The notes under the pieces are model-generated. The model worked only from the letters and a program-made list of their open reading frames with translations. It made no database searches and had not been told where the DNA came from. A program made the position numbers and the translations under genes. Of a stretch of DNA of 64,000 nt, positions 25,301 to 38,763 are shown piece by piece (positions within the stretch are counted from its first letter, which is position 1; each line of letters begins with the position of its first letter). Source of the stretch: Amoebophrya sp. A120 (lineage: Eukaryota; Protista; Dinoflagellata); NCBI GenBank assembly GCA_905178155.1, contig CAJINV010000006.1, forward strand, positions 4,341,938 through 4,405,937, read 5' to 3'.

Positions 25301-28300
25301 AAGATTTGTGATGCAGTAGTTCCAAGCTCCACCACGTTTGCAATGCAGGGCATAGCGTCACAGGTTCTGCAGCCCCTTGGTGATGCCTATTCCACCGCAT
25401 GAGAAATGCTCTCTCAGTATGGCCAGCAATGCACAGCTTTTGCAAGTCATGCAACACAGATTTCTGTATGATTCGCAACATGCATCTTCACAAGTTCGCA
25501 GCCTTCCAGACCCAGACATATTTGCACTTGATCTTGGGCAAGAGCGGACCTGGATGCGGCAACAAGAAGAGCGCGAACTAGCGGCCGCCAACGCAGCTGC
25601 TATCCTAAGTAAAAAACGTTCCCACCCCCGAGTCAAGATGGGCGACATCTCGCAACACAAGCCGGGAAGTTTTGGGAGTCACGCATGACATACTATTCTA
25701 GTGCAGTTTAGCAAGTGTAGCCGCATCACAAAGCCATCCTCTCGTGCTGTTTACAGCATTACAAAGTCCAAAACACGATGAGAAATGCTTCTCATGGGGA
25801 TGCGCATTGCAAATCGTTCTGTGACTGCAAATCTGCATGACAACTATGGGGCGGGGACGTTTTTCTTCAGGATAGCCGCTGCAGCAGGTTCATCATTTCC
25901 ATCTTCCACTCGTCGCTCCTACGCCTCGGTTATGCACTGCAAAAGTATCGTACTAGTATAAATTGCATTACAAATTAGCCCAGCATTACAAATGAAATTT
26001 GTAGTGCAGATTTACCTTGCGAGAGAGATTTGATGCATAAATGCAATTACTACGAATACGATACTTTTGCACGGGATATCGGTCTCTTCCCTTCGCCGCC
26101 GGAAAAGGTACAAAGAGAAACTGGAGCTGTTATCCTGAGTAAAAACGTCCCCACACGACTAGAGTTGTCACGCAGGTTCAATGGCAGGAAGATTTGTGAT
26201 GCGTATCCCCATGGTAGGCATTTCCGATTGTATGTTTTGGAATTTGTAAAAATGCGGTAAGCAGGACAAGCAGATGGGTTTTTAATGCGGCTACCCGCCT
26301 TGCCGACCTGCACTACACTACGGGCTGCAGCTTGTCATGCGTGACGCCCAAAACTTGTCGCTTTGTGTTGCGAATACTCCCCATCTTGACTCTGGGGTAG
26401 GGACGCTTTTACTCAGGAGAGCTGTTTCGTAAATACCTCGAGCAGGAGAAAAACAGGCAAGACAGTGAGCAAGTTATGGTCGAGCTTCCTCTGCCGAACT
26501 TTCTTGCGGTCTACATCGCGGCTGTGCAATGTCGAGTCTCGAAGACTTCTTGTCAGACCGATTTAGAAGCATTAATGTCAACTACCGACACCGAGACGGA
26601 GCAGGAGGTCCTTGGACAGGACCACAGGAGCGTCGCCGTTAGTGCGCCGCGGTGCTCTGGCGGAGTTGATCAAAAGATTGTTCATCCTCTTGACCCTAGC
26701 CTCAGCAGCGCCAGCACTTTTGTGGCCGGAATGCTGAAGCAGTACGCTGTAACGCGTGTGTATGGGAGTGTCAGGATTGAAATCGACAAAGTTGAAGTGA
26801 TTTGCCATGCATAAAATCGATACCAGTTGGAAGCCCAATTTCCAAGCGGCGCATGAGAAATTTTCGGAGCACTGGGATCCAATTTGTCACGCTGCTTAGG
26901 CACAGAAGACTGCTTTTGTCATGCTACTTTAGCAGCTCTATTTCAAAGAGCCCTAAACAGGCTAAGAACAAGCGGCCTCACTTGCCATCCCGGCAAGACA
27001 GGCACTTCATGCCTTGCATTTTATGCATGACAAATCATTTCAAGTTTGTCGATTTCAAACCTGACGCTTCCATAGTGTGCCGGAAGTGTATACGCCCGCA
27101 ATTGGCGGGCACGAGTATGCTCACGGACGGAGCTCTTACCGGCATGATGCTGAGCTGTTTTACCGAAGAATATGCATTGCAAATATCGATCTGGGTCTGG
27201 GTCACCGGAATGTAGTACCTTGTCATGCGCAATCTCGATTACAAAAAAATCTGTGTTGCATGAACGCCAAAAGCTGCCCACTTCTTGCTAGGCAGAAGGC
27301 GGATTTGTCAAGCGGAATGGGCATGAGGAAGGTCTCGCGATGAAATCTGTGATGCTTCTGTACGCATTCCACACGCCATGTGCGTGGTCCGCCGCGGAGA
27401 TGCATGACAAGTTGCGTACTGTTCTTCCAGACCCAGATCGATATTTGCAATGGATAGAGAATTGAGTCGTTCTATTTCGGGTTCACAATCACGGTGAGAT
27501 CCCTTTCCGTTCGTGACATCGCCGATAACGTGCCAACGTTTTCCGCGGCCTGGGAAAAGCTGCAGCGGGAGTCCTTTCTTGTGGAAATTCAGGAGCAGAC
27601 AACCGGTAGAAGTTCCGGACGAGGTGGACCCCATGGAGGCACGACAGATGCCGATCATGTGTTTTTTGACCAAGAGCACAGCTTCCCCAGAAAGACAACC
27701 CTCTTTCCTGTAGACATTGAACATCGGGAGCGCGAAGCGACGAAAACCTGGTGGCATCCCGTTCACGCATATGGATTGCAATTATGTCTGGGTCTGGAAG
27801 GTTGCAACTTGTGATGCTGCATTTGGATACTACAAAAATCTGTATTGCGTGAACAGCAAAAGAGGTCCAGTTTTTGTCACGGCGAGAGGGCATTTCTCAT
27901 GCGGTATAGGCATGAGGAGGCCCGCACAAAATCTGTGATGCTAGGACATGCATCACAGACGTTAGGAGTCATGTAAACTGTGCATGAGGGACCCAGACAT
28001 ATTTGCAATGCATAACGCATTGACGGGGCACCTGCCAAAACTACTCCACGTGGAGGCGGCCGTGCCTGGCTTTCTAAGAACCTTCTCCAAGATGAAAAAT
28101 GCCGCAGGACAAGAAGTAGACCAGGGCGGACAGCAACAAGAACCACGTATCGATTATCCCGCCCTCCTGACCCGGCTCTTTGCGCAAATGAGCGCGCTTT
28201 TGCAAGAAGCGAGAAGGGCTACAACTACCGGGCTGGAAGGAACTAGATCAAACGACGATGAGCCACCGGGTGGTCCGGAACAGAACCAAGCGATTAAGCC

Positions 28301-31300
28301 AGGAAAGACAAACATGATGGCCACGGTCTTGGCGTTTAAGAAGAAGTGCGCGAGGAATTTTCTGCTGCAGGAGCAAATCCTGCAAGTGAGACGGGTCATT
28401 TTGACGCTCTGTTTAGAAGAAGCGAAACAAATCGGGTTTCTCGGCGGGGCACCGCCCGGGCGCCGGGTGCAGCTGCAGAGAATGGATGACTTTGTAGACG
28501 AGGTCGTGCCGAAATTGCATATCAAATATGTCTGGGTCTGGGTCTGGAAAATAAGTGTAAACTTGTCATGCAGGTTTTCCATGACCCATGAGGTCTGGAA
28601 TGCGGGACCTAGCGTGACAGACTCTCTGAGGTCTCTGTCATGCCTATCCCGCATGAGAAACTCCCGTTCAACTTGCGGTCGAAAGTGGACAGCTTTTGGC
28701 ACTCATGCAACACAGATTTTTGCATGATTCGGATTTAGCATGACAAGTTGCCATCTTCCAGACCCCCAGACTACATATTTGCAATCCATATCGAATCCGG
28801 TAAAACTAAAGTTCCTTTCTTTGGAGGAGGTGACGCTGAAAGTGTTCCGCCGATCGGAGAGGGGATTCGTGATGTCTGACTTCAAGCAGCGGGCTTCTGT
28901 CTTGAAGCAAAACCTCAGGCTTGACCGGAACTCTCCCACTGCTTTCCTGAGCGACGTTTTTGCCGAGAGCAAGGAGATGCTTTTGGACCAACAACAAAGC
29001 AGAGCAGGAGATGACCAAAGATTAAACGAGGATGCAAACGCCTTGTGGCTGCGAATTGAAGTGGTAAACAAGGTCGATGTTCCGGAGTTTGCTCTTGCGG
29101 ACGAAGACAATGTAGTGCGGCATGCCGCTTCCTCACCGGCTGAAAACTACAACTACCTTGCCAGCAGCAGCTCTGCCAGCACTACTACACGAATGGCAGA
29201 CCACATGCATGACAACAGCCTCCGTCGCCTACCGCAGCGGCACAACACCATCTCCGGTACAACTGCTAGCGGCTCTGGTAGCAGTCACCCGCTGCTGACC
29301 GAGCTAGCAGTCAATATACCGCGTCGCGACCATCGGGCTAATACCGATTTTTTCGGGGCGGGGACCAATTTCGGAAAAAGTTCCGCTGCAGGAGGCGGTG
29401 CATCATCCTTCTCTCGTGCGCAGATGCAACATATCAACCGCAAATATGTCTGGGTCTGGAAACTTGTGATGCTGGGTGGCGTCTCATGATGAGGCCACAA
29501 GTGCTGGCTCAGCGTGACAAGTTTCTGAGCTTCCAGGTGTTGCCTATTCTGCATGACACACTACGCTTCTGCATCACAGAAAAATGGAGCTCTTGGGTAC
29601 CGTGCATGACAGATTTAAGAGTCATGCCAGACAAGCATGACAAACATGCATTCTTCCAGACCCAGACGTTTTTTTTTGCACTTGATACAACAACTTGTGA
29701 ACGAAAAAGAACAGCAGCAGAGGGACATCAGGAATTGGCAAAAGGAAAAGAAAAAACAGCTGCAGTTCGAATGGACGCTTTTAGGGATGCTCTTTGACTA
29801 CGCATTGCAAATACTATGTCTGGGTCTGGAAGATTGCAACTTGTGATGCGGATTATGGAATAGGCAAAAATTTGTATTGCACGAGCGCCAAAACGAGCCG
29901 CCCATTTCTTGCTACGCAGATAGGGAAGTTCTCATGCAGGATGGGCATCAGAAGGCCTGCGCAAAACCTGTAATGCTTTTGCCTGCATGACAGGCCATTT
30001 GCATAATCCAAAACATGCATGACAAACAAGGGCGTTCTTCCAGACCCAGACATGCTTGCATTTGATATTGACTTTGACATAGACGATGAGGTCACGCTGA
30101 ACGCGATGGGCTTGGACATTCGGCGGAAAAGGGAAATGCTGGAGGAACGAATGGAAAGAGAAGCAGCAGAGGAACAGCAAAGGGAATGGGAATTACAACA
30201 GGAAAGAGAATCGCAGCGTGGTCGGCAAGATGAAGATCGTGAAAATCATACACCTGCTCGGCCTGGTCAAGAAGATGGTGCAACGAGCGATATAGAAGAT
30301 GCAGTAAGCGTAGATCCTGAAGAACACGACCAGCAGCAGTCCTCTCGTCGGCAAGAATCTGGCAAAAAAAATCCGCTCAAAGGGTTTTCGCAAACGTATC
30401 AACTGCAAATATGTGATCTGGATCCATCTGGAGATGACTTGTGTTGCTGAACAAGCTTGTATTGCAGAGTACTAGCCACTTCTTGTATGGCATAACGGCA
30501 TCAGAAATTTTGTGAGGTTTATAATTGCAGATTGAGATTCAATCGTAAAACGCATGACAAACTGGCACCATCCAGCACCACAAAAAAGTTGCTCAGATGA
30601 AATCGCATTCACTCATTATGTCCTTCCAAATACGGAAGAAAAATCTAGACCCAGATCGATATTTGGAATGCATAAAACGCTCGAACGCGACATTTTAACG
30701 CTTTTCATGCTCCAGGAGAGTTTCGCAATGAAGCTTGTGGACTTCACCAGAGACACGCAGCACCTGTGCTTTGGCCTTCTGTTAGACGTGCTGTTCCGTG
30801 TGTTTGCGGGGAGTAGTTCTTCGCCGGGTCGTTCTTGTAGCAGTGAGACAGCAGCAACAAGAGCGGGTCCTCTGGGAACAAGAAGAACTTCTTCTACCAG
30901 TAAAAATAAACCTGACGAAGAACAATCGCTCCTGGAACTGTCCCAGGCTTTACGCAAGATGGCTCTAGGGGAGGGCGGGGGCGCCGTGGTCTTTAATAGA
31001 AGTACTTCCACAGGAGGTGGACCACAATTATCCAGGAAAAAAACTGTGTAAGTGTAACTCGTCTCTAGGAAGAGCAGCATCACAAATTCGTTTTGCATTA
31101 CAGGGAAAACCTGTCATGCGCAGCTAGTACGTGAAAACGCGTATGAAAGTAGCCTGTGACGCAGATCCAGCATGACAAGTGTAACAGTTTTGCACTTTCT
31201 GCGTCACATCAGACTTACACTCACATAGTTTTTTTCTTGCATAATATCAGCCGCCGCAGTATTGCTCCATGTCCCCGGAAATGAGCTTCATTGAGGGCAA

Positions 31301-32295
31301 GCGGATCCTTCAGCAGACCGCGGACCTGTGTATGGATCTGAATCCCATGCTGGGCGTATTACAGTGAAAAGTGCCCCCCACCCCCAAAGTTGCAAAATTT
31401 TGTGATGCGAAGTTTCCAAATGAAAACTTTTTGTCATGCATGAAAGGAGTGCGAATCTTTCTGATGCAGAGTCTAGTCGTGTTTCGCATCGCTTGCTTGA
31501 CAAGCGCCGCTCTTGCTGGGATCTTTTGCAATACAAATTTTTGCTATTCACCATCGGAAATCTGTGATGCTGATACATGCAAGAGGGCGAATGTTTCATT
31601 TGGAAAGGTTTGCAATACAAATGCTTTCAAGTTCGGGGGTGGGGGCATTTTTCATTGTAATAGGGCGTGCTCGGGACGACGACGACGACCACGGCTGCGA
31701 AGGTATCCTAAGGAAAAACGTCCCCATCCCAGAGCCAGAACGGGGATTTTGCAACACAAACCTTGAAGTTTTGGGAGCCCCGCATGACAAATTGCAGGCT
31801 GTAGTGTATTGCAGTTTAGCAAGGGAAGTCGCATGACAAATCCATTTGCTTATCCTGTTTACAGCATTACAAGTTCTTCCAAAACACGATCGGAAATGCC
31901 TATTATGGGGATGCGCATTACAAATGCTCTTGTGCTTGCAGATCTGCATGACAACTCTGGGGTCGGGATGTTTTTACACAGGATAGAAGGTGGTCGGGTT
32001 ATTTGGCGAAGCAGCATCGTCAAATAAAGTTTCCGCAAACTACCCAGGTGCAGCTGTGTCACCACCAGCTTCGTCTTCACAACCCGCAGTTAATAATCTG
32101 CTGTCGATGCAGGAAAAACTGGATCAGCTGTTACTTTTGTTTGAGCAAAATTTCCCGGATTTTTTCGGCACGTCGAACGGAAGTAGTAGAGCACAGGGCG
32201 GTACTAGTACCACCTCGTCGGGTGGTGCTGCCAGTAGTGTGCCTTCTAGCTTCGTCGGGCACGTGCGGTTCCTTCCGCAAAGTCGGGCTGAGTAA
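13393..32295 (+). CDS. Large hypothetical protein (3077 aa) with predicted N-terminal signal peptide, split by 38 introners
   Basis: ATG 13393 follows an in-frame TAA. Spliced N-terminus is MQVFYYTFLLSFLNIAHVVWARG. Span 18903 minus 9669 nt (38 elements plus 38 DRs) = 9234 nt = 3078 codons, with no internal stop, ending at TAA 32293-32295. No domain recognised. Confidence 0.8.
13922..13985 (+). repeat. 33-bp in-frame exonic tandem repeat (KKDAQGNPEV x2)
   Basis: CCAAGAAGGATGCGCAAGGCAACCCGGAGGT occurs twice. Confidence 0.9.
17393..17607. mobile_element. Introner family H (representative; ~215-280 bp; TIR TATGA(C/G)AGTGCACAACTCCCCCTCCCCCTC)
   Basis: DR TGCAA/TGCAA. Other copies: 15653-15931, 18404-18629, 22706-22939, 49522-49737, 50029-50245, 56302-56517, 56809-57025. 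Confidence 0.9.
21631..21742 (+). repeat. Exonic direct repeat (RDDE(I/S)PQLVLGP x2, 75-bp period)
   Basis: GCGCGACGACGAAA.(C/T)CCGCA.CT.GTCCTGGGGCCG occurs twice. Confidence 0.85.
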
Positions 32296-34025
32296 AGAAC
32301 AAGGACGGGTTGATAAGAAGTAACAACAGGAGGTGGAGGGAAGAAGCGGAAGATGAGAATCATCCTGAGGTCTACTTCCTCGTGGGACCAATCGAAGAGA
32401 CGGTTTTTATCGAACCCTGACAAAGCGAACAAATTGTAAACAGCGAACGAAATAAAATGATCGAATCAAGATACTTATCAACTTTCAGTACAAGAACAAC
32501 CACCGTGAAGATCTCAACCGTGACGTATGTATCTACTTACATCAAACCTTTTTTCAACAAATAAAACAAGACTTCATTTCATCTATTCACTAACAAAATC
32601 TTCTGTCCGATACATTGCCTTGTATATTCCCTTCCTGCTACAAGAAGTAAGAACAGTGCAGGAGCAGGGCGGAGTGCATGATGTCTAGAATTTTACAACC
32701 CACACTTTGCTGGTGATGCGACAGGTACTTTTTGGCGACACTACCGAAGGACTTAGTTTGATACAGCGATACCGATTTTTCCACATAATAAAGTCAAATA
32801 GTCCTACTCCTATCAACGAAAATGAGGAGTCAGAGTGGTCATGGTGATTGAGTCTACCATATAAAAATCTTTCATACGAACGGTCTGATCGGTCTCAAAC
32901 TTCGAATGAGATCAATCAGCGTTAATATTTTGAGTGGCGTTTCAAATTCTTGCCCGATAGATAATTCACTATCGTTTTTATGTCGATCTACACATGCGTA
33001 ATTTAAGATTTTTATACAAACCTGTTTGTTTCATGTTTGCAAGGTCACTTGTACTATCGCAGACACTGCTGCAATGGAAATTTCTACATACGGCGCATAG
33101 CAGTAACCTAACACCGCCGGCGGGCTCGTTTCCATGCCACGGGGGTTAGTTTAGGTTTGACTATGACTATGTTGAAGATTTGATAATATTTCTTCGCCGT
33201 TTTTGTTTTCTTCTTCAAGCGACCATTATTTTTTATTTTTTTCAGACGAGCACGAAAAGGAAAAGATAAAGATAAAGTTAAAGAATACAACGTAAGAATA
33301 TCTTGTACACACTGATTAATGTGGACGAGGAAATCTGGATCCTCAAATTCTGTGTATTGTATCTTTTTTGCAGATCTTCTATATGATTGATATTGATGTG
33401 TTTCGCCCCTTGTACCATCTAGGAGAAGCAGGGCGGTCAAGTCTGTACCTCTGATGGCATCGGGGCATTGAAGAGAAGCATATTTTTTTTTCAACAAAAT
33501 CTATCGAAACGTGCATCCGGCTGAAAAATCGAGGGTCGTGGTGACATCAACGCGATAAGAAGAGGAACGCGGAAATAAAGCATGAGGACCGTGAGCGGTA
33601 GCGTGTGGAGAATTCATTTTGTGAATACGCTTTCGATGTAGAGGCCATTTTGCTTATTTTCGAGTTTTATTGGGGTTTTGGGATTTTACTCTCCAATGTA
33701 ACACCAATTTTTATAACTTGCTATTTGCAATTTTATCACTTGTTTTCGAAAAAAATTTTATATAAAGATAGCTCGCTTGTTTTTATGCTGGAGGCCTAGT
33801 CGTCAGCGGGTTTGTGTACTTATTTACCAAATAAATGATCTTCCGGACGATTCTGCTCCTGTAATCTAAATTTTATGAAGAAATTGTAGCGCTGACATCG
33901 TACGCTGTAGTTGTAGCAGGGCCAGGGCAGAGTCAGAGCTCTGCTTGTCGCACAACTTTGATTTCTCCTCGTGGCCCTCCGGGCAGCTACATTAGTAAAA
34001 ATAATGACGCACTGTTGGATAGTAT

Positions 34026-34106
34026 CGAGTTGTTTAAAAACGGCAGAGGAGAAGGATCGCACTTACGAGTTGTTTCAAAGAAACGGTAGAGGAGAAGGAC
34101 CGCACT
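34026..34106. repeat. ~40-bp intergenic tandem repeat
   Basis: CGAGTTGTTT..AAAACGG(C/T)AGAGGAGAAGGA(T/C)CGCACT occurs twice. Confidence 0.8.
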
Positions 34107-35663
34107 AGCAGCTCACAAGCGGAGCACTCAAACTCTACTTGTGCAGAGAACGCAATTTTTTTCAGAAAATACAGAAGAAAGGGAACAAGGCTGCTCGTGG
34201 TGCCTTCGCTATTAAATAAGGGATTGATAGAAAAATTATGCTCAGCAAGTAGCGGGAGCGTGATTTAATATCACGGCAGACTCGTCCATATGGAAAACTC
34301 TCACGGCGCTACTTTTGGAAACGTAACAACTGTTGCACTGACACTAGGACTACCACAGGCCTACCAGATATAAAGAAAAGCCAGCATAGATACTTCCTGG
34401 ATGTTGAAAAGAAATACGCCGCGTCGTTGTAACGTAAAAAATTTTGTTACGATAGAGAAGCAATATTTCCGTGGTAAGAAGAAGGGCGACCATGGGCGGA
34501 CTAAAACTGCTACTGCAAGGGGAGGTGTACAGTCGCAATCAACAACAGAAAGCAGCAGATAGGCATAGGCGTTGGTACTGTGAGGCATATTACGGGGTGG
34601 AGAAATAAACAAGAAACACAAACAACTGTCTATGAAATACTGTCCTGTATTTGATGTGAAAACATCGGAAAGCCGATCAAAAGAAAACTTCTTGCCTTCT
34701 CTATCCGACGGCCGTATTGGGCGAATGTGAAAGTGTTCGTTCGTTTTCGAAATGGCTCAGCTGGCGGCTTGGTGGCGGATCTCTTTTTCGCAGTGGATCA
34801 TAGGTTGGTCGGAGAAAGAGCAGCTTCTATGGGCCCTGCTATAGTTCGTTTTTTGTGAAGAGTCAATAGGATTTGGATCTCAACTGCTTGTGCAGGCATG
34901 GCAAGATGCAGACCGCATAACAGGATCAAAGTAAGTAGTACCTTCAGTCGCAACAGGACAAGGCGGGATCTAGCTTGGCCACGACCACGGTGGACCACAA
35001 TAAAGAGAAACAAGCGAAGGTCTCACGACATTACTACAACAGCGTGCTTCTGTAGCTGTAGGTGTAGTTGACAGCGTATGGCTCTTGCTCAAGGATGGAA
35101 AAGTTGTGAAGAGATTCTTTTGGTGTAGAAGTAGATGTTCAACACAAAAGTAGATCCTGAGGCTGATGCTGAACACGAGAAGGTCAGGCAGAGATCTAGG
35201 CGTATTCTATTAGGTTTCACAGTGGAAGATCTGATCTCGTTATTTCAACACTTCAATTGGGGCACGTCAGGAGGTGTTCTAGTTTGAGTAGTGAGGGTAG
35301 AAGTCGTGCTTTATTTTTTCCATTGGTGCCCCCCTGCTCAGGGATTCTTTTACAACTAGCATGCCGCGCAGGATCTGGATCTCACTTAATAAACAGTGAT
35401 GGGGTGCTGGAGATGCGATCAGATTAAGAATAGTGTATCGATAAAACAATATTTGTATCGACAGGCTGCAGATAGTAGCAAGCCGTGTAAGAGCTGCGGG
35501 CGGCACTCGCATTTATTTTTCCTACTGAAGATTCACGACCAGTATAATAATAATTGCTTTTAGATTTGAAGGTGTAATAAAACAAGTTTACATTCGACAA
35601 TCACGACGTCCAAAAATAAACGCCAGGTCAACGACAGTTCAGGAGTGACTTTTCGTTGAATGA

Positions 35664-35978
35664 TATCAAAAGGAAAAATCCCCCCTCCCCATATCGAAAC
35701 CGAAACTTGTGATGCTGTATTTGAGTACACAAATCGACTTGGATTGCTAGAAGGCCAAGAGACGCAGCTGTGGCCTCGGTTGCAGGCAATTTGTCATGCT
35801 GTTTCCCACTTTTAGTTGTTTTTTGTTATGTTGAAGACGCAAAGGTTTATTCCCACGCCAACCAGCACTACAGTCCGCATCTTTTCCCTTCTAGCATGAC
35901 AAAGCTGATTTGTGGCCACAAATCTGCATCACAAATTTCTAGTGTGAGTATGGGGTGGGGGGATCTTTCATTTTGATA
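35664..35978. mobile_element. Family B element outside any recognised CDS
   Basis: Family B TIRs; left flank AATGA, right flank A+AATGA. Confidence 0.85.
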
Positions 35979-36731
35979 AAATGATTGAGAGAAAAAACTA
36001 CGTCAAGAAAGCTAGAAGAACGAACAGCAGAAAAAATAGAAAACACGTACTAAAATTCATCAGAACAACTCACTGCTCACTACACTTACGGAAAAAAGAT
36101 TTGATGTATCGAAAACTATAGCACTCGAACTCCACTAAGGCTGCTCGAAATAATACAAAAAATTCGAGCACAAATAATAAGCCGGTTACTAGACAATTAT
36201 CGATTTGTAAAAATATCTTTCTGAAAACTAATACGCTACTAGCGAATTTTATTTTGCTCTATCTCTTTCACTCGTACGAACGACACTCGGCACAGGATAA
36301 TTTACCAAATAGGGCAAAAGCGAGAAACTAAAATATCTGTCATTTCTTTTGGCCTTTTTTATTGCGCCGTGCTGATTATCCGTTGTATTTTTTCCAAAAT
36401 ATATTGATTACACCGAGGTTTTCCTTTCTCTCAGCAAGGCTGGCACTGACTCCTTCGTGTGTAGTTCCCATTGATAGGAAAATTACTCGTCACCTCTTTA
36501 TCTCCAGTATTGCCGCGGGTTCTTTGCCTCGCGTATATCGGAGAAAAGTTGTTGTTTCGGGCGACGCAACTATCATAAGTACCTGGGAACAATAATAATA
36601 AATTCTGCTTGCTCTTCACAACATACAACGTACTTGATATTCGTTCCTCGGAATAAATCGCTGAAAAAACCAGAAAGAATCGGCAAAATAAAGAAAAGAC
36701 CCGATTGGCGGAAGGTTTTTTTTTTTCCCAC

Positions 36732-36941
36732 TATCGCAAGAAAAAAGTGTTACAGTTACACATTGTGTTGCAAAACACGCATGGCAGACAGCCTCTGTCA
36801 TGCACGAAATGCTTTCAAACCTTGTTTCATACGTGTTTTCCCGTAGGATTTCAGCAATGCAAGTTTTCTCTCTCATGCAGAGAAATTTGTGTTGCTGAAT
36901 TGACAACAAATGTGTAACTGTAACACTTTTTTCTTGGGATA
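36732..36941. mobile_element. Family G element outside any recognised CDS
   Basis: TATCGCAAGAAAAAAGTGTTACAGTTACAC...TGTAACTGTAACACTTTTTTCTTGGGATA; DR CCCAC/CCCAC. Confidence 0.9.
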
Positions 36942-38763
36942 CCCACGCCGGCCGAATCACTATATCCACTCGACGGTCGTGCGCCGAATCATTTTGGTAG
37001 GTTAGAAGCTGTAGTATTGCCATTCGATTTTTGGAACATCAAAGCTGCTCGCTCATTCTTTTCTCACGGGGTATTAAGTCTTTTGCTTTATACCTTATTT
37101 CGATAGAGAAACTACACGAAAATAGCGCATGCTGGTAGCCTGTGTTTCTAGCAGATTCTTTTTGAAATCGAGTCTTCTCCAGTAGTCTCGCTACAGAAGT
37201 CGACTTGTATTTAAAAAAGTATCTAGAAGTACTTCTTGAGAGGCTAAAATCGCTTGTAGTACTTCTCCCAGAAAGACGTAGGAGCTACAACAACGCGCAA
37301 GTAGTACTTATTCCAGAATCAACACGATAGAACCGTTCTTATCAAGGAGAACAATTCATCGCCTCGCAGTCGCAGCGTTTCGTTGTACTGCTTTTTTATC
37401 ACAAGTGAGAGGCTCTACTTCGCACCGAGAATTTTTACGAGCCCCAGGCCATTTATTACTTCGTCGATAGATCTGCCGATTCGACTAGATCTTCGAACCC
37501 GCGAGCCTGTGTGGTCTGTTTATTTTCTTGGGCTGAAAAAATAAAAGTATAAAAATAACGCTGCAAGTAGACCAAGAGTCATAATTACAAACTATGTGAA
37601 GACAAGCTGTAGACTTATCGAAAACGACCAGGTTGCAGCGCGTTTTAGAGGACTGTGTCTTGTCGGAGACACAGAGCTCAAGCTGCAGTTTAAATCTGTA
37701 GCTCCACTGGCGTATTATTGGGGGGAAAAAAGTAAAAAGATTTTTACTAGGAAGACAGGCTACTTCACGATATTTTTACGATATTAGTGTTGTAAAAAAA
37801 AACTAACCTCAAATACAAAACCTAGGAACTACTACGCAGGAAACTCAACACCAAGAAGCCCTAGCATTAAAGATGTCGTTAGAAATCGTACCAAAACACG
37901 GCTGCCACGCTGGATTATACACTATCTTTCACAAAAGCAAAAAAGCTGGAGTGAAAGAATAGAGCCTGACACAACTTCAAGCTTTAGTACACCAAAAAGC
38001 GTCTTAGACCGAAAGGGACCCAACTTGTGGAAGATTTGTCGCACTCTCCACGACTGCGCGACCATCCCTTGAAGTGGCCTTTTCTACATTTCGATTGTGC
38101 AGAATTTTTTCAAAAAGAATTGTAGCCGCCTTTCAGTTTCACTTTTATCGCAGCACGCGGTACTTCCGTTTTTCGAAATTTCCCTTCGAAATCAGGAACA
38201 AATCGGACAAAAAATTTACTCCAGACCACTCAAAAAACCCACCTAAGAGTTGTACTCTTTTTCTACCGATTTACTTTCTTCGGGAAAAAGAGGACGCAAC
38301 CACTACACAATACTAGACCCAGATTCTTTTACAAATAAGAATAGCACGACCCGTTTTTGATACTATTACATTCACTATTTCATCATCTTTTCTTGTTTCT
38401 CGCTTTTATAATTCTTAGGCTCTTTTCGCTTTATGACTTTTGTCCTTATCTTCTTTTTTATATCCGCCAAAGGAAAGGTAGAAGACGCTGCTGGCGTCGG
38501 AAAACTAAACTTGTGACGTGTTGCTGGTTTGATGCCCTTTCACGGCGTCATCCCACAATAACTAGCACAGAAGTAGTACCTACAGAGGTCAACGTCTTTT
38601 GCTTTTCCGCAGTTTTACTTGTTTCATTATTTCAGCTTTTTACAAAAACTCTCTCGGTCGGCTTTTATTGATTAGTGTGCCGACAATTGATTACCAAAAC
38701 GTTGTTCTGAAATACATATACTTTGAAGTTGTAGAACCCGATAGAATAAATAAACAAGCCAAC

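Noticed and set aside
32296-38763. Short ORFs in the AT-richer spacer, such as 33108-33497 on the minus strand
   Set aside because: They have no recognisable domains, have low-complexity K/F-rich composition and lack the introner-split exon pattern; treated as intergenic or UTR.
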